The position numbers were made by a program, and so were the translations under genes. A stretch of 64,000 nt of DNA from Escherichia phage Pollock. Below, one piece after another: positions 8,266 through 16,396 of the stretch; position 1 is the stretch's first letter; every line of letters begins with the position of its first letter. The notes beneath the pieces were generated by a model. It had not been told where the DNA came from, did no database searches, and saw only the letters and a program-made list of their open reading frames with translations. The stretch is from the sequence record NC_027381.1. One strand, 5' to 3'.

Positions 8266-8955
8266 TATAAACTGTTGGACCGTATGGTAGGACAAACCAA
8301 ATTACATCCTAGTGTTTATATTGCTGCTGCTGGTAACAAAGATACAGATGGAGCAATTACTACTACTATGAGTAGTGCAACTCTATCTCGTATTGTTAGT
8401 ATGGAACTAGAAGTTAACTTTAATGATTGGGCTGTATGGGCATTAGCCAATAACATTGACCATCGCATCATGGGATATCTTCAGTTCAAACCAGAAGCAT
8501 TCCATAAATTTGACCCTAAAAATCTTAAAGAACCTTTTCCATGCCCACGTACATGGGAGTTCATTAACCGTGCTATTAATGGATTAGATGTATCTTTAAA
8601 TTCTGATTTGGGTTTATTGTCTGGAATTATTGGTAATGGCACTGCTCGTGAATTTATTGAGTATTGTGCTATCTATGGTGAGATTGCTTCCTTTGAAGAA
8701 ATTATGTCTAATCCAGAAAGCATTGTCATCAAAGACAGACCAGACATTAAGTATGCATATGCTGGTTTTGTAGCTTCTCGCATTACCCCTGAAAATGCAT
8801 CTCAATTAATGAAATTCATTAATCGACTGCCCGTTGAATTTCAGATTGTAACTTTGAGTAATGCTTTTAAAGCTAAACCTCTCATTTCTCAAGTTCCAGA
8901 AATAATGGAATGGATTACTCGTTATGCCAACGAGTCAGGTGAAGGGATGCTCTAA
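8266..8955 (+). CDS. MoxR-like AAA+ ATPase, exon 3 (C-terminal part)
   Basis: AVQAAA | (YKL)LDRMVGQTKLHPSVYIAAAGN continues the AAA fold after Walker B; ORF track start 8275 is a TTG; 5' boundary approximate. Confidence 0.5.
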   Translation, partial: YKLLDRMVGQTKLHPSVYIAAAGNKDTDGAITTTMSSATLSRIVSMELEVNFNDWAVWALANNIDHRIMGYLQFKPEAFHKFDPKNLKEPFPCPRTWEFINRAINGLDVSLNSDLGLLSGIIGNGTAREFIEYCAIYGEIASFEEIMSNPESIVIKDRPDIKYAYAGFVASRITPENASQLMKFINRLPVEFQIVTLSNAFKAKPLISQVPEIMEWITRYANESGEGML

Positions 8956-10069
8956 TAAGGAGTTTCCTATGGATAAGAATAAAGCACTGGATTTAGCCAA
9001 AGTAGATTTATTTGCCCGTAAACAAAATACTTTTATTTGTTCCATCTTTTGCTCACTTCAGCTTAAGTGGGACGATACCATCCCTACAGCTTGTACTGAT
9101 GGTTTGAGTATCTTGATAAATCCAGATTATTTTATGGATTTACCACGTCCAATGCGAGTGACACTTCTTGCTCATGAGACGTGGCATGTTGCTTTAAAAC
9201 ATGTCTTAAGGGTTACGGGAAGAAATCCAAAATTATGGAATTATGCTTGTGATTATTACATCAATAATATGCTTGATGATGCTAAGTATGTTATTGGTAC
9301 TGGTTGGCTATTAGACCATCAGTATGATGGCATGAGTGCTCCAGAAATCTATAACAAGCTACAAAAATCCAGTAAAAACCTGCCTCAAAATTTATTAGGT
9401 ATGGATATTAAACCCTGTCCTTCTTCATCAGAAGAAGCTATTGAATCACAAATTGATTCTATGCTTATTCGTGGCTCTATTGCTGCAAAGCAAGGAGGAC
9501 AAGCTGGAAGTATCCCCGGAGATATCCAAGCATATATTGATGAGCTTCTGAATCCTAAATTACCTTGGAACGATATTCTCAGAAATTTTATTAATGAGAT
9601 GACTCGTAATGACTACACTTGGGCTAAACCTAATAAACGGTATTTGCCTGATATTTATTTACCTTCTCTAAATTCTGAAGGTCTAGAACATATCATTTTT
9701 TATACTGATATTTCTGGTTCAGTATCTGATACACAATTTGGTGTGTATATCAGTGAAATTCATGCAATTAAAACAACATTGAATCCAAAACGAATTACAG
9801 TATGTACGTTCGATACAAAGATTCATGAAGTGTATGAATTAGAAGAAGGAGATGATATTAGTAAGTGTACGTTTACAGGTAGAGGAGGTACATCTCTTAC
9901 TTGTGTGTATGAACATGCTAAGAAAGAGAAACCAGAACTCATCGTAATATTTTCTGATTTGGATTGTGCTCCAATGAAGGAACAACCTACACCTAATGTC
10001 ATTTGGGTATGTTTGGACAATCCAACAAAAACAGTTGATTTTGGTCAACTGATTCATGTGAAAAGTTAA
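8924..10069 (+). CDS. HExxH metallopeptidase-like / von Willebrand factor A domain protein (MoxR partner)
   Basis: 381 aa; LLAHETWHVALKH (HExxH); MIDAS-like IIFYTDISGSVSD (DxSxS); overlaps ATPase 3' end. Confidence 0.6.
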   Translation: MPTSQVKGCSNKEFPMDKNKALDLAKVDLFARKQNTFICSIFCSLQLKWDDTIPTACTDGLSILINPDYFMDLPRPMRVTLLAHETWHVALKHVLRVTGRNPKLWNYACDYYINNMLDDAKYVIGTGWLLDHQYDGMSAPEIYNKLQKSSKNLPQNLLGMDIKPCPSSSEEAIESQIDSMLIRGSIAAKQGGQAGSIPGDIQAYIDELLNPKLPWNDILRNFINEMTRNDYTWAKPNKRYLPDIYLPSLNSEGLEHIIFYTDISGSVSDTQFGVYISEIHAIKTTLNPKRITVCTFDTKIHEVYELEEGDDISKCTFTGRGGTSLTCVYEHAKKEKPELIVIFSDLDCAPMKEQPTPNVIWVCLDNPTKTVDFGQLIHVKS

Positions 10070-10111
10070 TCTGCATGAGTAGGTAAATTTTAATTTACCT
10101 TTCAGATGTTT

Positions 10112-10142
10112 TTGCCCTCTTTGTGAGGGCATCTTTTTTTGG
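10112..10142 (+). terminator. rho-independent terminator
   Basis: gccctc-tttgt-gagggc hairpin followed by atcttttttt. Confidence 0.6.
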
Positions 10143-10151
10143 AGTTGTCTC

Positions 10152-10556
10152 ATGTTTAATATTCATAAAGCTGTACGTGATGCAGCTAATTCTATGTACC
10201 CAAAGAAAATTAAAATGGAAGTACCAAGTAATCTTCCTTTATCTAATAACCGTTGTCATTACAACGCTGTACAAGCAGTTAAAAATAATTTAGCTGCTGG
10301 AATATTAGAAGTAGTTATTATTTATAAAAATGACTGTACAGTTCATTATGTAAATGTATTACCTAATGGTACTTGTGTAGATTTCACATTAGGAGTCATG
10401 TGTATAAATGATGATTATCGTTTTATACGTCATGTTTCTCCTAATGAATATGACACCATTAATAAAACTTTAAAAAATGCTAAGGATAAGTTATATGCTT
10501 CAACCCCTTGGTACATACAGAAATTAATAAAACTTTCTGGTAAAGATTGGTGTTAA
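10152..10556 (+). CDS. hypothetical protein
   Basis: 134-aa ORF, Cys-containing. Confidence 0.35.
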   Translation: MFNIHKAVRDAANSMYPKKIKMEVPSNLPLSNNRCHYNAVQAVKNNLAAGILEVVIIYKNDCTVHYVNVLPNGTCVDFTLGVMCINDDYRFIRHVSPNEYDTINKTLKNAKDKLYASTPWYIQKLIKLSGKDWC

Positions 10557-11371
10557 TAATGAAAGAACAAGAACAACTTAGAAAAGATATTTCTCGTATC
10601 TTTTCAATCTTTAAAGCCAGTGAATGTAAATTACGTCCTCATTTCATTCTTACTGGAGAAAGTGGTACTGGAAAAACTTTCTTAATTAAGTCTTTAACTG
10701 AACAGCATAAAATGGATTATATTGAAATTAATGCTGCTCAGCTAACTAAAGAAGGTTTATCGGGAAATAGCTTAAGTAAGGCACTTGCTCCTTTACGCCA
10801 AGCTAATGGTAATCCTGTCATCTGTTTTGTAGATGAATTCGATAAATTATTTATCGCAGGGAATAACAATAGTGAATTAGCTCATGAATCTACCAATGGA
10901 GTTCAAAACGAATTCCTTAAGATTCTTGAATCTGAATGTACTTCTGTATTTGGTGATTATGGTAAATATGTAGATGTTCCTGTAAATAATGTTCTATTTG
11001 TATTTGCAGGAGCATTCAATGGTGAACCAAATATCACTTTAGATAAGCTACGTACTTTTGGTGTTAAAACTGAATTTTTAGGTCGTGTGGGTTTAGTTTA
11101 TAACACTGTCAAAATTAGCTTAGAAAGTCTTATTCAAGTCTTAAAAGATTCAGACACTCTCACTATGTATCTGGATTTATTTCCAGAAGTTAAACGAGAG
11201 AAAGCCATCAAAGATATCTCAGCATTTATCAAAGATAATTATGAGATGAATACTTTGGGTATTCGTATGGTTAATACGTTAATTACTCAATATTTCATTC
11301 AAGATGGAAAACTCACCCGAGATGAAGTTAAAACCAGTACTTTCCAAAATAAACTTAAATTTGGTGAGTAG
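10547..11371 (+). CDS. AAA+ ATPase (P-loop NTPase)
   Basis: 274 aa; Walker A ILTGESGTGKTFLIKSL; Walker B VICFVDEFDKLF. Confidence 0.5.
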   Translation: MVLIMKEQEQLRKDISRIFSIFKASECKLRPHFILTGESGTGKTFLIKSLTEQHKMDYIEINAAQLTKEGLSGNSLSKALAPLRQANGNPVICFVDEFDKLFIAGNNNSELAHESTNGVQNEFLKILESECTSVFGDYGKYVDVPVNNVLFVFAGAFNGEPNITLDKLRTFGVKTEFLGRVGLVYNTVKISLESLIQVLKDSDTLTMYLDLFPEVKREKAIKDISAFIKDNYEMNTLGIRMVNTLITQYFIQDGKLTRDEVKTSTFQNKLKFGE

Positions 11372-11508
11372 TACGTCTAAATCTCCTATTGCATGGGATA
11401 TCTTTCGTATCCCTTCAAAACATGTATGTCGAACCAAGAAACGCACTGTAGCCACTATTGCTCGTAATAAGGGTTATCGTGTGATTCCTGTGTTCGGAAG
11501 AAGTTAAA

Positions 11509-11523
11509 GCCCCTTCGGGGCTT
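11509..11523 (+). promoter_or_regulatory. GC hairpin with 3-nt loop (AGCCCC-TTC-GGGGCT)
   Basis: same hairpin architecture as the recurrent motif but without TCTCTTTGG; ~80 nt upstream of a highly codon-biased gene. Confidence 0.3.
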
Positions 11524-11601
11524 GCCTCGGAAAGAAAGAGGAATTAATCCTCTTCAAATTAAACTCTATTTTTAATCCCAATCTGAAAAGGTAAATGAAA
11601 A

Positions 11602-13044
11602 ATGGCTAAGACTCTTGAAAATGAAGAAAAGAAAGTTCACGTTGCTGACGTTGTTAAACACGGTGAGAAACTGATTCTCCCTGAAAACATGTCTATGTCT
11701 GATGCAATTGATTTGCTGAAGCGTCGTCAGAAGTACGAAGAAGAAGAAGTAATTGTTCGTCGTACTTATAACGTATTCCCATGGGATGGTGCTCATGCAC
11801 TGATGCTGGCTCTGACTGAACGTTATGGTTGGGCTGCTGCTGAAGCAACTCCGGGATTCTTTGGTTCTAACCCTCCGCAAATGCTGGATGTTCAGGTTGG
11901 TTATGGTCAAACCAAGAAAGTACCTTGGGGTCGTTTCTCTTTGCCTCAAGTAGATGGATTTGTTCAGTGCTCTGCACAGAAGAAAGATGGTCGTATTAGC
12001 TTTGAACTAGTTGGTAAAGTTCTGCGTAAAGACGAAAAGACCATCGAACTGCTATTTGATACTGTAGAAAAAACTCTGCGTACTAATTCCATTTATATGG
12101 GTCAGGCTATCAAAATTCGTTTCCGTGATAACGATGGTGAACTGTTGGAAATGCCTGAACCAGAATTTATGGATTTACGTGGTATCAGCCGTAATTCTCT
12201 GGTTTATTCTGATGATGTTCAAAATCTGATTGAAACTAATCTGTTTACTCCGATTGAGCGTGTAGCAGATTGCATCATCAATGAAATTCCAGTTAAACGT
12301 GGTGTACTGCTTGGTGGACCATATGGTACTGGTAAAACTATGGCTGCAACTGTTGCTGCTTCTCTGGCTACCAGCGTTGGTGTTACTTACGTATATGTAC
12401 CTCGTTGTGATGAACTGTCTGATGCAATTCAGTTTGCTAAGCAGTATAGCGATAAAGCGTGTGTAATCTTCTGCGAAGATATTGACCGTGCTGTATCTGG
12501 TGAACGTAGTGTTAAGATGGATGACATCCTGAATATTCTGGATGGTATTGATACTAAAACGTCTCGCATCATCACTGTTCTGACTACTAACCATCTGGAA
12601 AATATTAACCCAGCAATGCTGCGTCCGGGTCGTCTGGATGCAATCATTGATGTTACTCCGCCAGATGCTAAAGCAGTTGAAAAACTGGTACGTCTGTATG
12701 GTCGTGATACCATTGCTGCTGATGCAGACCTGACTCTGGTTGGTGAAGCTCTGGCAGGTACTATCCCTGCGGTAATTGCAGAAGTTGTTAAACGTGCTAA
12801 GTTGCACCAACTTCAGTATCAAGAGCCGGGTACTATGATTAAAGAAATCAGTGGTCAAGCTCTGCTGGATTCTGCTCTGACTATTCAAGCACAGCGTAAG
12901 CTGCTGGAAGAACAGTCTAAACCAAAAGTTAAAGAACCTACCTTTAACGAAACTATTGCTTCTGCCGTTGCTCCTGCAATTGAAGCTGCGGTAAGCAAAG
13001 TTACTAATCAGGTATCTGAACTGCACGAGCGCATCTGCGACTGA
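11602..13044 (+). CDS. classical AAA-family ATPase (FtsH/Cdc48-type AAA domain, no protease domain seen)
   Basis: 480 aa; Walker A LLGGPYGTGKTM; Walker B CVIFCEDIDR; ILDGIDTKTSRIITVLTTNHLENINPAMLRPGRLD; strongly CTG/CGT/GGT-biased codon usage unlike neighbours. Confidence 0.7.
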   Translation: MAKTLENEEKKVHVADVVKHGEKLILPENMSMSDAIDLLKRRQKYEEEEVIVRRTYNVFPWDGAHALMLALTERYGWAAAEATPGFFGSNPPQMLDVQVGYGQTKKVPWGRFSLPQVDGFVQCSAQKKDGRISFELVGKVLRKDEKTIELLFDTVEKTLRTNSIYMGQAIKIRFRDNDGELLEMPEPEFMDLRGISRNSLVYSDDVQNLIETNLFTPIERVADCIINEIPVKRGVLLGGPYGTGKTMAATVAASLATSVGVTYVYVPRCDELSDAIQFAKQYSDKACVIFCEDIDRAVSGERSVKMDDILNILDGIDTKTSRIITVLTTNHLENINPAMLRPGRLDAIIDVTPPDAKAVEKLVRLYGRDTIAADADLTLVGEALAGTIPAVIAEVVKRAKLHQLQYQEPGTMIKEISGQALLDSALTIQAQRKLLEEQSKPKVKEPTFNETIASAVAPAIEAAVSKVTNQVSELHERICD

Positions 13045-13070
13045 ATCATATTCGTTAAGTGATTCTCTAA

Positions 13071-13096
13071 TAGCCCTTCAATGAGGGGCTATTTTA
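13071..13096 (+). terminator. terminator-like hairpin
   Basis: tagccc-ttcaatgag-gggcta followed by ttttag. Confidence 0.4.
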
Positions 13097-13114
13097 GTTA
13101 TCACTGGAGGAATC

Positions 13115-13795
13115 ATGAAAAATCTTTATCAGAAGATTAATGGAAGCCAGTACAACCGAATCTTCGTTGTGGGAGATTTACATGGTTGTTTCGATGCTCT
13201 TCAAAAAGAAATGTGGGCTGTTCAATTTAATACTGAAACAGACCTTATTATATCTGTAGGTGATTTAATTGACCGTGGTACTCAAAACGTAGAGTGTTTA
13301 CGTCTATTAAAAGAACCTTGGTTTAAAGCTGTTTTAGGTAATCATGAAGTAATGGCATTGAATGCCTTATCTTCTGAACTTGACAGTGAAGAATCCAACT
13401 TAGCCTATTATAACTGGTTTAGTAATGGGGGTAGTTGGATTATGGATATTACGGAAGAACAGAAACCAGAAGTATTAGAGTTATTTGGTCTGGTAGCTGA
13501 ATTACCGGGAATCATCGAAATCTCTGTAGATGATAAAACTATTGTTGTTTGTCATGCAGACTACCCTTCAAATCAGTATGAATTCAATAAACCTATTGAT
13601 GAAAATACCCTTATTTGGGGAAGAGGACGTATTGTTCTAAACCAAAATAAAAAAGGTACTGTTATTGAAGGTGCTGATGAATTCTATTTTGGACATACCC
13701 CAGTTAAAGAACCTACTAAATTCTATAATCAAAACTATATTGATACAGGAGCAGTATTTCCTGTTGGTCAATTAAGTATGATTCAAATCAAATAA
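13115..13795 (+). CDS. Ser/Thr protein phosphatase (PPP / calcineurin-like metallophosphoesterase, lambda-PPase-like)
   Basis: 226 aa; GDLHGC (GDxHG), GDLIDRG (GDxxDRG), GNHE motifs in canonical order. Confidence 0.85.
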   Translation: MKNLYQKINGSQYNRIFVVGDLHGCFDALQKEMWAVQFNTETDLIISVGDLIDRGTQNVECLRLLKEPWFKAVLGNHEVMALNALSSELDSEESNLAYYNWFSNGGSWIMDITEEQKPEVLELFGLVAELPGIIEISVDDKTIVVCHADYPSNQYEFNKPIDENTLIWGRGRIVLNQNKKGTVIEGADEFYFGHTPVKEPTKFYNQNYIDTGAVFPVGQLSMIQIK

Positions 13796-13817
13796 CTGCC
13801 TACGGCAGTTTCTTTGG
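13796..13817 (+). promoter_or_regulatory. recurrent motif: hairpin CTGCC-TAC-GGCAG followed by TTTCTTTGG
   Basis: third instance; immediately after the phosphatase stop. Confidence 0.4.
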
Positions 13818-13837
13818 TTAATTTCACATCTGTATAG

Positions 13838-14152
13838 GTGCTCAATATGAATATTCAAAAATTTGGGGAGATTACATTTATTGGTAAATCTAATTTACCT
13901 GCAATGACTAACTTTGTTTTTGAAGTAGAAAACAAAGCAGAATCTGAAATGATTGAAAATCATCAAGTTAAAACATTGCTTATGTTAACTGCTGTACGAA
14001 ATCATTTCGATAGTGTAATCAGTATGGTTCAAAACAAGCTTGATAAAGCTTCTATAAGTGATTTTGAGGACTTTTCTGTACCAGTAGGTAAAAGTGATAA
14101 GTCTCCTAAAGAAATCGTATTAGAGAGCCTCTCACGAATTATGAATAAGTAG
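13838..14152 (+). CDS. hypothetical protein
   Basis: 104-aa ORF. Confidence 0.4.
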   Translation: MLNMNIQKFGEITFIGKSNLPAMTNFVFEVENKAESEMIENHQVKTLLMLTAVRNHFDSVISMVQNKLDKASISDFEDFSVPVGKSDKSPKEIVLESLSRIMNK

Positions 14153-14180
14153 TATTGAGCCTCTATAGTTAAGGGGGTTT

Positions 14181-14444
14181 ATGTCAGATTCTTCAAACAA
14201 TACATATCGTGGAAACATGATGTGTATTAAGTTTTCCTATGACTTTAAGATAATCCTCCCTATTGAAGATGGTAAAGCCTTACTAGAATTATTGAGTAAA
14301 GCTGAACTCTTCAAAGAAGAGTATCAAAAAGAACCTCATATTGAACCAATGGATAAAGACATTGATATTAGGTTCTTAGCAAGAACTACATATGAACGTC
14401 TTAAACTTAACTTTTTAAGGTCTGATAATAATGAGCCTGACTAG
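14181..14444 (+). CDS. hypothetical protein
   Basis: 87-aa ORF; 3' end overlaps helicase start. Confidence 0.4.
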   Translation: MSDSSNNTYRGNMMCIKFSYDFKIILPIEDGKALLELLSKAELFKEEYQKEPHIEPMDKDIDIRFLARTTYERLKLNFLRSDNNEPD

Positions 14445-15675
14445 TTGCCAAGAGCAAGCAGCTAAACAGTTCTTATCGTTTCTTTGTACTTCAGAGAAAC
14501 ATATGGTTATTTCAGGTCCTCCCGGAGTAGGCAAAACATTCATGCTTAATCACATGATTGAGATGTTGCCTAGTAGCAGGCGTATTACAACTATTATGGG
14601 AGCAGAACCTCTTCATAATATTGCTATAACAGCTACTACTAATAAAGCTGCTGAAGTACTTCAGGAAAGATTCCCTGATAGACAAGTAACAACAATTCAT
14701 TCAAAGCTAGGGCTTACAGTAAGAGATGATTACCGTACAGGTAAAACATTTACTGATAAGAGTAAAGGCTTTACACCTCTATCCGACACTCTCGTCTTAA
14801 TGGACGAATCTTCAATGGCGGATACTCAATTACTGAAATTGATTGATGAAGGTACTTCTAAAAACTGTAAGATAGTTTTTATTGGAGACCATTGTCAGTT
14901 AGCTCCAGTGTCAGAAACAATGAGTCCAGTCTTCAACTCGGGCTACATTACTTCATATCTAAATACCCAAATGCGTACTAGTAATAGTCCTGCATTAACT
15001 TTGCTGAATGAACAATTGCGTCAAACAGTAGAAACGGGTGTCTTCAGACCAATTACTCCTGTTCCCGGTACTATCGAATTCGTTGATGACGATACGATGA
15101 GACAATTGATGAATGCTAATTTCATCTCACAGGAAACTCCCGGTCACAAAATCCTTGCATACACAAACAATGGGGTTCAAGAATACAACACGTATATTCG
15201 AACCAAAAAGAATCTACCTCCGACATTAATAGTTGGTGATACTGTTGTATCAAACAATAGTATTGAGACTGCTGGTTCTCGAACAATTATTGAAAAAGCA
15301 TACAATGTATATCATGTATCTGAAATCCAATATGATGATGTAATTCCTTATTACTTAGTTGATATTGGAGTTGGTGGTTTAGTAAAACAACCAGTTAACT
15401 TTTCACAGCTACAAACTCATATCAGAGAAGAAGCCAGTGAAAAGAATTGGGTAGAGTATTTCCGTTTAAAGAATGAATTTGCTGACCTACGGTTTGCATA
15501 TGCATCAACGGTTCATAAATCTCAAGGTTCAACCTTTGATACTGTATATATAGATTTAACTGATTTATGTATCTGTAAAGACATGAATCAATTAGCCCGT
15601 ATGCTTTATGTAGCTGTAAGTCGTGCTACTACTCGTGTTGTGTTCTATGGTAATCCTCCTCATTTTATGAGGTGA
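14431..15675 (+). CDS. SF1 DNA helicase (Dda/RecD-like)
   Basis: 414 aa; Walker A ISGPPGVGKTF; Walker B LVLMDESSM; C-terminal YASTVHKSQGSTFDTVYID. Confidence 0.75.
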   Translation: MSLTSCQEQAAKQFLSFLCTSEKHMVISGPPGVGKTFMLNHMIEMLPSSRRITTIMGAEPLHNIAITATTNKAAEVLQERFPDRQVTTIHSKLGLTVRDDYRTGKTFTDKSKGFTPLSDTLVLMDESSMADTQLLKLIDEGTSKNCKIVFIGDHCQLAPVSETMSPVFNSGYITSYLNTQMRTSNSPALTLLNEQLRQTVETGVFRPITPVPGTIEFVDDDTMRQLMNANFISQETPGHKILAYTNNGVQEYNTYIRTKKNLPPTLIVGDTVVSNNSIETAGSRTIIEKAYNVYHVSEIQYDDVIPYYLVDIGVGGLVKQPVNFSQLQTHIREEASEKNWVEYFRLKNEFADLRFAYASTVHKSQGSTFDTVYIDLTDLCICKDMNQLARMLYVAVSRATTRVVFYGNPPHFMR

Positions 15676-16151
15676 TTATGTCTTCATATACAGAACCAAC
15701 AAAATTACAGAAAGAGATTCTTATAGATTGGTTATTAAACTCAATTACAGATAGTTTCTGTACTTTTGTTTATAACAGGGAAAAACAACTCTGTATTGAT
15801 AATGATGCTCCTAATGGATTTATGTTTAATAACATGGTCTTTAGGGAATCATCTAATATGGTTTTTTACTGTAAACCAGAATTAGTTGAAACAGCTAAAG
15901 AAGTGTGGAAACTCAAACAAAAAGTTAAAAGAGATTGGTTATATCTCGAAAACTATTTTAGAAAAGTTTTTGCACGAATAACTCACTACGGTCAGTTGTA
16001 TTGTTATGTTCCTTCATTCATGCATAAAAACTTAGATAAAGTATTCTCTACTACTGTTTTAGGGGAGAAGACTATTATCGAAGGATTAATGCCTGATGAA
16101 TCTATGCATAAGTTAATCTCTTTCTATGTAATGACACGATTGGTTATTTAA
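15672..16151 (+). CDS. hypothetical protein
   Basis: 159-aa ORF with overlapping start/stop. Confidence 0.4.
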   Translation: MIMSSYTEPTKLQKEILIDWLLNSITDSFCTFVYNREKQLCIDNDAPNGFMFNNMVFRESSNMVFYCKPELVETAKEVWKLKQKVKRDWLYLENYFRKVFARITHYGQLYCYVPSFMHKNLDKVFSTTVLGEKTIIEGLMPDESMHKLISFYVMTRLVI

Positions 16152-16396
16152 TGGATATCGCATTTGTAGTTTCCAAATTGATTGTTACAGAGTACACGTT
16201 GCTTAGACAATGGTGGCCTGAACAATTACGTCAATCCAGATATGTAGATAATGGAATGACTAGAACTTACTTCTTAGATACACATCCATCCCCTGAACTT
16301 CAAGAACTCATAGAAGAGTTACATAAGTTTGGGAGAGAGTATCGACTTATAGATTTAAGAGGAGTGGAAATAGATAATGCGTCATATAATCTTTGA
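16151..16396 (+). CDS. hypothetical protein
   Basis: 81-aa ORF. Confidence 0.35.
   Translation: MDIAFVVSKLIVTEYTLLRQWWPEQLRQSRYVDNGMTRTYFLDTHPSPELQELIEELHKFGREYRLIDLRGVEIDNASYNL

Noticed and set aside
11572-13026. Minus-strand ORFs 11572..11949, 12175..13026 and 12429..12713 antisense to the AAA ATPase
   Set aside because: They overlap a gene with clear Walker A/B and AAA motifs and strong codon bias; their translations are repetitive and lack motifs.
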